This document shows positions 10,037 through 18,622 of a stretch of DNA of 55,076 nt, in pieces. Position 1 is the stretch's first letter. Each line of letters begins with the position of its first letter. This stretch comes from an uncultured virus (IMG/VR IMGVR_UViG_3300042502_001806). Its lineage: Duplodnaviria > Heunggongvirae > Uroviricota > Caudoviricetes. A model generated the notes under the pieces. It worked only from the letters and a program-made list of their open reading frames with translations, did no database searches and had not been told where the DNA came from. Both the position numbers and the translations under genes were made by a program. The DNA is taken from IMG/VR virus record IMGVR_UViG_3300042502_001806; one strand, 5' to 3'.

Positions 10037-11013
10037 AGACTATTTAACATTTGGATCATCTCTTTTTGAGGAAATAAATCAAATTTATCTCTTCTAACTT
10101 GACCGTGGCTTCTAATTCCACCATTTTTCATCCATGTTGTACTATAATCAAACCATTTTTCGTTATAGATACCGCCATCAATTTGTATAGCATATTTATT
10201 TACTAAATGTAGTATTAAACTTCTTCCGCTTTCTAATTGAGCATCTGTATATCTTTCATAATATTCATATCCTTTAAAGGGGTTATCTAATTTAACAACA
10301 TCTTTTTCATTAATTGGTTTATTTATCCAATTATAAAATCTACCATCTTTACCAACAGTAAGTGGTCCATAATTACAAAATTCAATAGCAACTGATCCTG
10401 AATTCAATTCTAAAGAATTATTTGAATTAATGCCTAAGTGATATGCCCAGTATTTATCTTCAAAGGCTCTCAATATTTTACCATCCCATATATTTTCATC
10501 TGATGTTGATGATTTTCTACCAATAACATAAGACGTACCCACTCTTAATGGTTGTATTAAACCATTTGGTCCTAAAACAGGATTGCCTGATTTATCTTTA
10601 ATATAATCTTTTTCCCATCCATTTATACTCCAATCCGGTCTTGAACCACCGGCTGTATGATGTAAAAATATTGTGTCTTTTTTAGTTTCTTCTTTAATAT
10701 ATTCTTCATCTGATATTAGATGATCGTATATAATTAGACCTTTGTCATTATTATAAGATATTTCATGAGGAATTCCATTTCTAGTAAATGGCTCTTTACC
10801 AAAGTTCATCATTTTACTCCAAGTTAATGATCCAACATTACCATCTGCTTTTGTATTAACGGCTCTTTGGAAATTAGTAACAGAAACTAAAGTATTTTGC
10901 CCAAAATGACTATCAATTCTTTCATTAAAGAATCCAAGTTCTTTTAGTTTAGTTTGTAAAAACTTAACATCTTCTCCAGACATTTTTAACGATAACACTC
11001 TTTGTAATTTCAT
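10033..11013 (-). CDS. Endolysin: peptidoglycan-binding domain plus N-acetylmuramoyl-L-alanine amidase
   Basis: GEDVKFLQ..LG..FQ..DG.VG..TW binding domain; LHHTAG, AYH, AIE, SH..VR.DK.D amidase_2 motifs. Confidence 0.9.
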   Translation of the reverse strand: MKLQRVLSLKMSGEDVKFLQTKLKELGFFNERIDSHFGQNTLVSVTNFQRAVNTKADGNVGSLTWSKMMNFGKEPFTRNGIPHEISYNNDKGLIIYDHLISDEEYIKEETKKDTIFLHHTAGGSRPDWSINGWEKDYIKDKSGNPVLGPNGLIQPLRVGTSYVIGRKSSTSDENIWDGKILRAFEDKYWAYHLGINSNNSLELNSGSVAIEFCNYGPLTVGKDGRFYNWINKPINEKDVVKLDNPFKGYEYYERYTDAQLESGRSLILHLVNKYAIQIDGGIYNEKWFDYSTTWMKNGGIRSHGQVRRDKFDLFPQKEMIQMLNSL

Positions 11014-11027
11014 ATCTTATATATTAA

Positions 11028-11534
11028 TTATTGCTTATATCTTTGTGCGTTTTGAATTTCTAAATAAGCTTTTAGATCTTCATATCTAACAGCACCTGGA
11101 TTAAATGTTACCATTTCAGAATTACCTGTAGGTTTTGGTTCAACTTTCTTTTCAGTATTTGCTTTAATTCTTTCTTCGTGTTCTTCTTCAACCTTTTTAA
11201 GAATATGACCTAGATAAAAATCTATTCCCTTTTCTCTTATTAATTCAAAATCAACATCAATCAAAAATTCTTCATTTTCAGGACCGACATAGATAGCCAT
11301 TACTGGATCTTTAATAAAAACGTCAGTATAAAATTTTATATCACCAACATTACCTTGTGCGTAAATAGTTGTTCTATATTGTGTGTTATAATAATATGAA
11401 AATCTATCTTTATCATTAAATTCTCTATTACCATTTCTATCAACAGTAGCAGCGAGACCAAGATTAATCTTAAAATATCTACACTTTTTAACTTCTTGTA
11501 TTACAAATGTGTTTGTTACTACATTATATGCCAT
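11028..11534 (-). CDS. Hypothetical protein
   Basis: 168 aa; TAATAAATA 4 nt upstream. Confidence 0.75.
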   Translation of the reverse strand: MAYNVVTNTFVIQEVKKCRYFKINLGLAATVDRNGNREFNDKDRFSYYYNTQYRTTIYAQGNVGDIKFYTDVFIKDPVMAIYVGPENEEFLIDVDFELIREKGIDFYLGHILKKVEEEHEERIKANTEKKVEPKPTGNSEMVTFNPGAVRYEDLKAYLEIQNAQRYKQ

Positions 11535-11570
11535 ACATTATTTATTAAAAATCTAGATCTTCCTTAAAAT

Positions 11571-11597
11571 AAAAAAACCCTATGTTATAGGGTTTTT
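11571..11597. terminator. Intrinsic terminator
   Basis: A7-CCCTAT-GTT-ATAGGG-T5. Confidence 0.8.
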
Positions 11598-11600
11598 AAT

Positions 11601-12185
11601 TTATTCTGTTTCAATTTCAAATTCTTCTTCATCACCAAACTTATCATCGATTTCGATTTTTAAGTCAATTAAAAATTCCTCATCAATATCTTTAATTTTA
11701 ACATTTTTAGTTATTTGACCAATAACCTCAAATGTATCTAGATTATATTTTTTAAATTTAATGTAACACATTTCAATATTTTCATAAGAGAAGTCTTTAG
11801 TAGCATCTTTAGGCATAGCATCTTTAATATCAATTGCTAAGTAAAGATTATATGTTGCCTCATCATCTGTAAACTTGATAGTTAAAGAGTCATACATTTT
11901 TGAATATTTAGAAACCTCTGAACTATCTAATCTAACGCCTAAATCTTTTAAAGACATTTTAGATTTATCTCTACTTTCAGACTTAGCCTTTTGTATAGAT
12001 TTACTACCGTCTTTTTCTTTTTCTAATTCATCAGCTGGTCCATTAACATCCGATTCACCTTCTTGAAACTCAAACATCTTATCAAACTTTCTCTTTAATT
12101 GGTTAAGTGCTATTTCAACATATGATTCAGGAGTATCATTCATAATCTCCTCGTTGATAAATTCTGAGTATTTTCTAATTTTCAT
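11601..12185 (-). CDS. Hypothetical protein with N-terminal tag
   Basis: MKIRKYSEFINEE; TAATATATA 4 nt upstream. Confidence 0.8.
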   Translation of the reverse strand: MKIRKYSEFINEEIMNDTPESYVEIALNQLKRKFDKMFEFQEGESDVNGPADELEKEKDGSKSIQKAKSESRDKSKMSLKDLGVRLDSSEVSKYSKMYDSLTIKFTDDEATYNLYLAIDIKDAMPKDATKDFSYENIEMCYIKFKKYNLDTFEVIGQITKNVKIKDIDEEFLIDLKIEIDDKFGDEEEFEIETE

Positions 12186-12210
12186 AATGTATATATTAAA
12201 TATTATTCCT

Positions 12211-12218
12211 TATATTTG
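12211..12218 (+). promoter_or_regulatory. Bacteroidetes primary-sigma -7 element TAnnTTTG
   Basis: TATATTTG 5 nt before uvsE. Confidence 0.7.
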
Positions 12219-12223
12219 TATTT

Positions 12224-13150
12224 ATGATGAATAATATCGGATATTGTTGTATTCCAATGGGATGTAACGAAGGTAAACCTAAAAAAGAACATATAACAGT
12301 TAATAGAGGTATGGTTCGTAGAACTTTTGATGCTAAAGGCTTGCCTTATGCTTCCGAGTTAATTATTGAGAATCTAAAAGATACTCTCAAAGTTCTAGAC
12401 TATAATCTTAAAAATCATATCTATATCTATCGTTTGAGTTCAGACTCATTTCCATGGATGTCTGAATATGAATTCTCTGACTTACCAAATTTCAAATTGA
12501 TTCAAATTCTTATGGCTCAAATTGGTGAGAAGATTAAATCAAATAAAATTCGTGTGAGCTATCACCCAGGTCCTTTCAACGTTTTGGCAAGTGAGAATCC
12601 ATCAGTTGTTGAGAAAACAATTAAAGAGTTAAATAAACACGCTGAATTAATGGATTTAATGAACTTAGACAAGACTACGTTCTATCCGATAAACATTCAT
12701 ATCAATACAACTAAACCTACCAGAGAAGAAGCCGCAGTGCGTTTCTGTGAGCAGTTTGAGAACCTAAGTGAATCTTGTAAGTTAAGATTAGTTGTTGAGA
12801 ATGATGATGGTCAAAATCAATACTCTGTAAAGATGTTACACGACTGGGTTCATACTAAGATTGGTATTCCAATTACTTTTGACCAACATCACTTTAACTA
12901 TGGTCCACAAGACCAATCAATGGAAGAAGCATTGAGATTAGCTCACTCTACTTGGAAAACAAGAGTTCTAACTCATATGAGTTCACCAAAAACATTAGAA
13001 GATACATCAGGAAAACAAACAGCACATGCCGATTATATTTATGAAGAAATTAAAACATTTGGTCTTGACTTTGATACAGAAATCGAAGCGAAAGCGAAAG
13101 ACCTGGCAGTTATCAGATATAGAAACCAGTTTAAAGTTCTCAAAGGGTGA
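12224..13150 (+). CDS. uvsE: UV-damage endonuclease UvsE/UVDE
   Basis: GYCC, YRLSS, SYHPG, LVVENDD, FDQHH, AHADY, EAKAKD. Confidence 0.95.
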   Translation: MMNNIGYCCIPMGCNEGKPKKEHITVNRGMVRRTFDAKGLPYASELIIENLKDTLKVLDYNLKNHIYIYRLSSDSFPWMSEYEFSDLPNFKLIQILMAQIGEKIKSNKIRVSYHPGPFNVLASENPSVVEKTIKELNKHAELMDLMNLDKTTFYPINIHINTTKPTREEAAVRFCEQFENLSESCKLRLVVENDDGQNQYSVKMLHDWVHTKIGIPITFDQHHFNYGPQDQSMEEALRLAHSTWKTRVLTHMSSPKTLEDTSGKQTAHADYIYEEIKTFGLDFDTEIEAKAKDLAVIRYRNQFKVLKG

Positions 13151-13382
13151 TCGTGTTGTTATTGTGACACGAGCTTATGAGGACCTTAAATATCGAGTAG
13201 GTTCGGTGGTTGCTGCTAAAGATACACTAGAATTTAACTCATATAGAGTTGAACTAGATTTATATCCAAGTGGATATCAATTAAAACAACATTTAATACC
13301 TATTATTTTTGCTGAAGAAGAACTTCAGTTTGAAGATACATCTAGGGAAAGAGATTGGAAATTAAAACAAGTTCTAAAATGA
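13026..13382 (+). CDS. Small beta-barrel-like protein with C-terminal tag; start uncertain
   Basis: KGDRV..G.V pattern; ends RDWKLKQVLK; listed start overlaps uvsE by 125 nt. Confidence 0.65.
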   Translation: MPIIFMKKLKHLVLTLIQKSKRKRKTWQLSDIETSLKFSKGDRVVIVTRAYEDLKYRVGSVVAAKDTLEFNSYRVELDLYPSGYQLKQHLIPIIFAEEELQFEDTSRERDWKLKQVLK

Positions 13383-13696
13383 TAAAGAAGATACTTTCTA
13401 TATTCAAGAAGAAAGAAGAAGAGAAAATGTACGGCTTCATAAAATATGAAAGAGGTGATGAAGTCAAAGTAACTATTTATTCCGAGGTACCCGAATTTTG
13501 GTATATTGGTAAAGTTTTAGATATTAATGCTCGTTATGTCTTACCTTCAATTGAATCAAGTTGGAAGGTAGAATATTATGTTGCTTTTAAGAACAATAAA
13601 GGAAGTGAACTAAGATACTGGTTTTTAGAATCAGAATTAAGAAAGTACTCTTTACAAGAAGAAAGAAATTCAAGAATAGAGCAAATATTAAATTAA
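13379..13696 (+). CDS. Small beta-barrel-like protein with C-terminal tag
   Basis: ATGA overlap at 13379; RGDEVKV; ends RNSRIEQILN. Confidence 0.75.
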   Translation: MIKKILSIFKKKEEEKMYGFIKYERGDEVKVTIYSEVPEFWYIGKVLDINARYVLPSIESSWKVEYYVAFKNNKGSELRYWFLESELRKYSLQEERNSRIEQILN

Positions 13697-13714
13697 AACT
13701 TAATATATAAGTCT

Positions 13715-14077
13715 ATGAAGAAAATGAGTGAGTTAATCAAAGAAAGTGTGGGTAATGTAGGAGTTGGATGTCAAAGTCTTAATTCTGAGTTAATATACCT
13801 AACAGAAGGTGGTAACCAAGTTGGAAGTCTTGTACTCATCTATAACGAAAATACAGCTTCTATCTTTTCAGTAGAAGTTCTAAATAAACATAGAGGAAAA
13901 GGATATGGTAAGAAATTAGTAGTTGAGGCTATTAGTAGAGCTAAGTCTAAAGGTTCATATGTTTTAGAGTTAAATACAGAAACAGATAATACTGTTGCTA
14001 ATAATCTTTATCAATCTTTAGGATTTGAATTAAGAGGATTAAAAGATGATTTTAATAATTACATAAAAACATTATAA
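13715..14077 (+). CDS. GNAT acetyltransferase
   Basis: V...HRGKGYG motif A, N..A..LYQSLGF; tag-like MKKMSELIKES; TAATATATA at 13701. Confidence 0.9.
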   Translation: MKKMSELIKESVGNVGVGCQSLNSELIYLTEGGNQVGSLVLIYNENTASIFSVEVLNKHRGKGYGKKLVVEAISRAKSKGSYVLELNTETDNTVANNLYQSLGFELRGLKDDFNNYIKTL

Positions 14078-14080
14078 AAG

Positions 14081-14108
14081 AAAAGAGAGTCAAATGACTC
14101 TCTTTTTT
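14081..14108. terminator. Bidirectional intrinsic terminator
   Basis: AAAAGAGAGTC-AAAT-GACTCTCTTTTTT. Confidence 0.85.
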
Positions 14109-14130
14109 GTTATTGCTAGACTTTTTTTGC

Positions 14131-14508
14131 TTATTTTTTAAGACCTAAAGCTTGTCTTGTCATTTCTCTAAGATGTTCAATACTTTCATCTCTTTTTTGT
14201 AGCTCCTGATAAATACTTGCTACTTCTTTATTATATCCGTCATATAATTTATCACAACGGCTATCTAACTTTCTATCTAAGTCATTGTAAACATTAGACA
14301 CTGAGTTATCAAACTCTACTAATCTATTGTTTATGTTTTGTACCTCAGCAATTAAGGCATTTTGTAGATTTGTAATGTCTACTACATTGTCTTTAACAAC
14401 TTGTCTTAACTTTCTCACAACCACAACCAAGTAAGCTATAGAGCCTACGACCGCAACTGACAAAAGAGTAATCAAAACTGTTACTAAAATTAATTGTAAA
14501 TTTTCCAT
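14131..14508 (-). CDS. Membrane-anchored coiled-coil protein
   Basis: N-terminal hydrophobic helix followed by heptads. Confidence 0.7.
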   Translation of the reverse strand: MENLQLILVTVLITLLSVAVVGSIAYLVVVVRKLRQVVKDNVVDITNLQNALIAEVQNINNRLVEFDNSVSNVYNDLDRKLDSRCDKLYDGYNKEVASIYQELQKRDESIEHLREMTRQALGLKK

Positions 14509-14510
14509 TT

Positions 14511-14984
14511 TTAATTGTTTATTTTTTGTTGTCTAGCAATTTCTTTTTCTTTTTCTAATTCTTCTGGATGAAGTAAACCTCTTCCATAGACTTTAAATCT
14601 ATCTGAGTATCTTAGTTTAACTCTATCTGAAATAGGAATGGGTGATCCTTCTCCATCAAGTTTAACGAATACCATTTTTGTTGAACAAACCAATTCTTGT
14701 TTACCAGTATGAACATTATGTTTTCTTGCCTCAAGATTGATAGTGATTGATGTTGTTCCAAATTTATCAACCGAAGCATAAATTTTGATAAGGTTACCTA
14801 CTCTAACAGGGCTTTGAAAAACTACTTCTTCTATTTTCATTGTGACCATTTTATCCGAGTCACATATTTGACAAGCGTATGCCGCTGCTGCTTCATCTAA
14901 AAATGACATCATATTACCACCAAAGAGATTACCGTGAACTCCTAAGTCTAATGCCATACAAATTTTTGTTGTTACTAATTCCAT
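14511..14984 (-). CDS. Acyl-CoA thioesterase (YciA-like hotdog fold)
   Basis: HGNLFGG.MM..LDEAA, F.SPV.VG, G.TSI, VFV.LD. Confidence 0.9.
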   Translation of the reverse strand: MELVTTKICMALDLGVHGNLFGGNMMSFLDEAAAAYACQICDSDKMVTMKIEEVVFQSPVRVGNLIKIYASVDKFGTTSITINLEARKHNVHTGKQELVCSTKMVFVKLDGEGSPIPISDRVKLRYSDRFKVYGRGLLHPEELEKEKEIARQQKINN

Positions 14985-14986
14985 AA

Positions 14987-15487
14987 TTACTTTAATATTT
15001 CTTCTAATTTATTATCTCTTTCTTCGTACTTCTCTGTTATATCAGCATATCTTAATCTATATGATGTGCTTAGATTTACTAGATCTACATATTTTATAAT
15101 TGAAAAGAGCACAAATGTTTTCCATCTTCTCTTTTCAAAAAAATCATTAACTAAATCTTCGGATTCAAATTCTTTTGTTTCAGCATTATATTGTTTTGAA
15201 ACTATTTTATTATCAACTACTTTCATTATATGAAATGATGGCATCGAAGTAACATAAGAAATTTTAGTCCAATGTTTATCTAAAAATTGACCTAACCATA
15301 ATGATGGATCAACTGTAGCCATTCTAACATTACTATTATCACTACCCATTCTAAAGCAGTTATCAATTAGTATTTTAATACCTTCAAGATTATTCTCACC
15401 AATAGGATAAACTGATATACTTTTTGGATCCGTATTCGTTAGTTGAGTCGGTCCATTTAAATTTTTTATAAAGTCTTTGAATATCAT
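14987..15487 (-). CDS. Hypothetical protein with C-terminal tag
   Basis: Ends RDNKLEEILK. Confidence 0.75.
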   Translation of the reverse strand: MIFKDFIKNLNGPTQLTNTDPKSISVYPIGENNLEGIKILIDNCFRMGSDNSNVRMATVDPSLWLGQFLDKHWTKISYVTSMPSFHIMKVVDNKIVSKQYNAETKEFESEDLVNDFFEKRRWKTFVLFSIIKYVDLVNLSTSYRLRYADITEKYEERDNKLEEILK

Positions 15488-15489
15488 AT

Positions 15490-16167
15490 TTATTTTATGT
15501 AATAATATAGTTTAAGTTTATCTCCCCAGGAGACATCAACGACAAATTCTTCTTTTAATATCTTACAAGATTTATTTTCGTGTGATGTAATAAAGTGACA
15601 GCCTTTTGACAGCCTATTAAATATATCAGACCTCATATCATAATCAAAACAAACATCATTCATAAAAACAATAGAACCCATTGATAAATCAAAATCTTTT
15701 ACATCTTTTTCAATGAAAAAAATTGATTTATGTTCTGGTAAAACTTCTTCTTTAATAGACTTAGCATATCTAAGTCTTTGTGGAACTATTTCAATACCAA
15801 CAAATGTTTTTATATCAGACTTAATAGCAGTATGTATAATTAATTTACCACAACCACAACCAATATCTACGAAAACATCTTTATCAGATACTTTTTTATA
15901 TTTATTGATTTTATTTATGATTTCATCAACACCATTTCTAAGAATCTCACCATATGTAAAATTATTATTATAATTTCCTTTATATGTGAAGTGTTTATTG
16001 ATATTTGTATCTCTTTTAGTAAAATTTTCTAATTTGAATTTGTCTTCAGATGAATAGTTATCCCAAACACCTAAAGACACACAAATAGATTTAATACTAA
16101 ATAAGTTATGCTTATAAAGTTGATCTAATTTAGAATTGTCTAATAATAATTTAAGTTCCTTGTCCAT
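15490..16167 (-). CDS. SAM-dependent methyltransferase, DOT1-like
   Basis: TYGE, FVDIGCGCGK, VGIEI, VFMND; ATG at 16167 preferred. Confidence 0.75.
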   Translation of the reverse strand: MDKELKLLLDNSKLDQLYKHNLFSIKSICVSLGVWDNYSSEDKFKLENFTKRDTNINKHFTYKGNYNNNFTYGEILRNGVDEIINKINKYKKVSDKDVFVDIGCGCGKLIIHTAIKSDIKTFVGIEIVPQRLRYAKSIKEEVLPEHKSIFFIEKDVKDFDLSMGSIVFMNDVCFDYDMRSDIFNRLSKGCHFITSHENKSCKILKEEFVVDVSWGDKLKLYYYIK

Positions 16168-16573
16168 ATTTAACAATCTCAATTTTAGCCTCTCTTAAAA
16201 AATCTAAGCCAGAGGTGTCTTTATAGTCTTCAATGTAGACTAATCGTTTTATTCCAGATTGTAGTATAAGTTTAGAACAATCTCTACAAGGAGAATGTGT
16301 TTGATATAAAGTACTACCCTCACAAGAATGACCATGTTTAGCACACTTTAGAATAGCATTAGCTTCTCCGTGAATAACATACCAATTAGTATCACCATCA
16401 CCATTCTCACAAGAGTTATCAAAGCCTGTTGGTGTTCCGTTATACCCATCAGATATAATCATACCGTTCTTAACTATTAGGGCACCTACTTGTTTTCTAC
16501 TACAATGTGAGAGTTTAGCCCACTCTGTAGCCATATTCAAATAAGTTCTATCGTATCTTTCTTCTTTAGTCAT
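16151..16573 (-). CDS. dCMP deaminase
   Basis: VGA, GYNG, HGEANA, SPCRDC. Confidence 0.95.
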   Translation of the reverse strand: MTKEERYDRTYLNMATEWAKLSHCSRKQVGALIVKNGMIISDGYNGTPTGFDNSCENGDGDTNWYVIHGEANAILKCAKHGHSCEGSTLYQTHSPCRDCSKLILQSGIKRLVYIEDYKDTSGLDFLREAKIEIVKYGQGT

Positions 16574-16715
16574 TATTAAATAATTTATTTATTTTATATT
16601 TTCTAACCTCGTTTCTTTCTAGACCTAACATTTTAATTATCCAATCTATTGAAAAGTATGGTGTATTGTATGATTTAATCATGTCAGACATTATTTTCAT
16701 TCTATCCTTATTCAT
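16566..16715 (-). CDS. 49-aa mini-protein: portal-like segment plus C-terminal tag
   Basis: Start moved to ATG 16715, which overlaps the upstream ORF end; PYFSIDWIIKMLGL; ends RKYKINKLFNND. Confidence 0.65.
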   Translation of the reverse strand: MNKDRMKIMSDMIKSYNTPYFSIDWIIKMLGLERNEVRKYKINKLFNND

Positions 16716-16878
16716 TGAATAATCTTTTAATTTTTTCTTTTCTACTACCTCTTTTAAAACCATTTATAACATCAGCAACAGCAGGTGAAACAACCATATA
16801 GTTAGCACCACCTTTAGTAGATGCTTTATGAATCATTTCAGATGCCTTTAATAATTTATCAATTAGTTCTTTACTCAT
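16708..16878 (-). CDS. 56-aa mini-protein: major-capsid-like segment plus C-terminal tag
   Basis: Not in ORF track: MSKELIDKLLKASEMIHKASTKGGANYMVVSPAVADVINGFKRGSRKEKIKRLFNE; fills the operon gap with 8-nt overlaps on both sides. Confidence 0.75.
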   Translation of the reverse strand: MSKELIDKLLKASEMIHKASTKGGANYMVVSPAVADVINGFKRGSRKEKIKRLFNE

Positions 16879-17656
16879 GTGTTATTCTGATATTAGTTTT
16901 AATACTCCAGTCTTTTGGTAAGTGTTTACACTCATTGTGTTCTAAGAAGTGTGATCGCCACATCTCTATGAAACTTTGTATATTATCTATTTTAGACATA
17001 ACAACTTCACCGTGAGTCTTTTTAATAACCATTGTTTTTATTTTAGATATCTTCTCTAATCTTCTACAATCTAACCTTTTAATACCAAAGTAATCTTTAA
17101 TCTTCTTTTTCATCAGATTAATTTTATCTTTAGGTATAGTAATATCTGGATTAAGTAAAGCAATTGATATCTTCACATAAGTTATTAACTCTTTACTATC
17201 ACTACATAATTCACCGTTCAAAGGTATTTGATACTCTTCGCCAATTTTGTTTTTTAACTCATCTGCTTTTCTTTCATAAGAATCATGACAATCAGCACAT
17301 AATGAAAGAACATCGTGGAAGTTATGAGATTTTAATTCCATCGGAAAGTATCTACGATAACAGTAAGGCACAACGTGGTGTCTAGTAAGATATTCTTCAT
17401 TACCACAAGTAACACAGCGATTACCCATTTCAGATAAACCGAATGATTTATTATGATTACCTAAACCTCTTGGTTCAAATTTCAATTTAACTATTAATGG
17501 TGATTCTGATACAATCTCACCTAAATTTCTATTAAGATACCACTTGGCTTTTTTCTCGTCACATCTAAACATCAAAATCCCACCCGGAGATAGGACTTGA
17601 CAGTTTCCATAAATTTTTCGGTCTTTCTCTACACCATATGATGTAACTCTACCCAT
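16871..17656 (-). CDS. HNH-type nuclease resembling the EXD2 C-terminal domain
   Basis: CVTCG, LTRHHVVP, SHNFHDVLSLCADCH. Confidence 0.8.
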   Translation of the reverse strand: MGRVTSYGVEKDRKIYGNCQVLSPGGILMFRCDEKKAKWYLNRNLGEIVSESPLIVKLKFEPRGLGNHNKSFGLSEMGNRCVTCGNEEYLTRHHVVPYCYRRYFPMELKSHNFHDVLSLCADCHDSYERKADELKNKIGEEYQIPLNGELCSDSKELITYVKISIALLNPDITIPKDKINLMKKKIKDYFGIKRLDCRRLEKISKIKTMVIKKTHGEVVMSKIDNIQSFIEMWRSHFLEHNECKHLPKDWSIKTNIRITHE

Positions 17657-17659
17657 TTA

Positions 17660-18217
17660 TTAAGCGATATGTTTGTCGATTTGTTGAATGTTTAATTCTA
17701 CCAAAGTTTTTCTACCAAAGATTAAAACAGCAATCTTAACCTTATCACCATCAATGTTTTCAACATCACCAGTGAATGAATTAAAAGGACCATCTAAGAT
17801 TTTAACTTCTTCGCCTATGATGAATCTGTTTGTAGATTCCTGTTCAACAGCTACTTGTTCTTGTACACCAATCATTCTTTCTACTTCTTTAAGAGAAAGT
17901 ACTTGAGGTTTTTTAGCTCTATCTGAAAGTAAACCAGTGGCACCATCACAACCTTTAACAAAGTGTGCTAATTCTCCAATTGATATTGTTTCAACAAAAA
18001 TATAACCAGGGTACATAACTTTTTCTCTGGTAACTTTCTTACCGTCTTTTAAGTGGAAGCTTTTTTCAGTAGGTACTAAAACTCTACTAATAGCACCCAT
18101 CAAGTCACCTTTTTCAGATTCTTTTCTTAACTTTTCGGCTACAGAACGCTCACGATTAGATTGTGCTCTAACGATGTACCACTTCATTGTTGTTTCTTTT
18201 TCCATTGTTGTATTCAT
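17660..18217 (-). CDS. nusG: Transcription factor NusG
   Basis: KWY, YPGYIFVE, KOW GEEVKILDGPFNSFTG, IFGRKT. Confidence 0.93.
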   Translation of the reverse strand: MNTTMEKETTMKWYIVRAQSNRERSVAEKLRKESEKGDLMGAISRVLVPTEKSFHLKDGKKVTREKVMYPGYIFVETISIGELAHFVKGCDGATGLLSDRAKKPQVLSLKEVERMIGVQEQVAVEQESTNRFIIGEEVKILDGPFNSFTGDVENIDGDKVKIAVLIFGRKTLVELNIQQIDKHIA

Positions 18218-18226
18218 ATTTTTAAT

Positions 18227-18622
18227 TTAATTTCCTTTTTCTATTTGTTTGTAATATTTGAGTTCTTCTTTAATGAAGTCGATATGATGTTCAATTAGAT
18301 AATCTAAATCAATATCTTTTATTTTAAGTTTTTGTAAAAGAAGTTTGTAATCCTTATCAATGATCTCAGACTTTTCGCCTTTCTCACTCTTAGACCAAAA
18401 CCAATTTGGATAAGGTTGCTTTAACATAAACTGATACCATAAATTCATGGCGGTTATCTTATCTATTGATTTTAGGTTAAGAAGTTGAGCCTTTTCGGGA
18501 AATTTTTTAGCAAAGTAACGGTTGAAGATAAAGAAGCAAGACTCCTTTTCTTCATCCGGTACATTTACCCAATCACTCTTTTTATAGAACATTGCGTTCC
18601 CTACAAGTTTCAAATCTGCCAT
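18227..18622 (-). CDS. Hypothetical protein, possibly T4 gp62-like clamp-loader small subunit
   Basis: FIFNRYF..A..LN..W..F pattern and position next to the 5'-3' exonuclease; weak. Confidence 0.35.
   Translation of the reverse strand: MADLKLVGNAMFYKKSDWVNVPDEEKESCFFIFNRYFAKKFPEKAQLLNLKSIDKITAMNLWYQFMLKQPYPNWFWSKSEKGEKSEIIDKDYKLLLQKLKIKDIDLDYLIEHHIDFIKEELKYYKQIEKGN

Noticed and set aside
11028..11534. Capsid-like segment GNVGDIKFYTDVF..IYVG
   Set aside because: Resemblance to gp23/gp24 is too short to assert without a profile search.
13026..13150. Programmed frameshift fusing UvsE to the downstream tagged ORF
   Set aside because: The downstream ORF lacks a nearby ATG, but no clear slippery heptamer or stimulatory structure is visible; a non-ATG start is equally likely.
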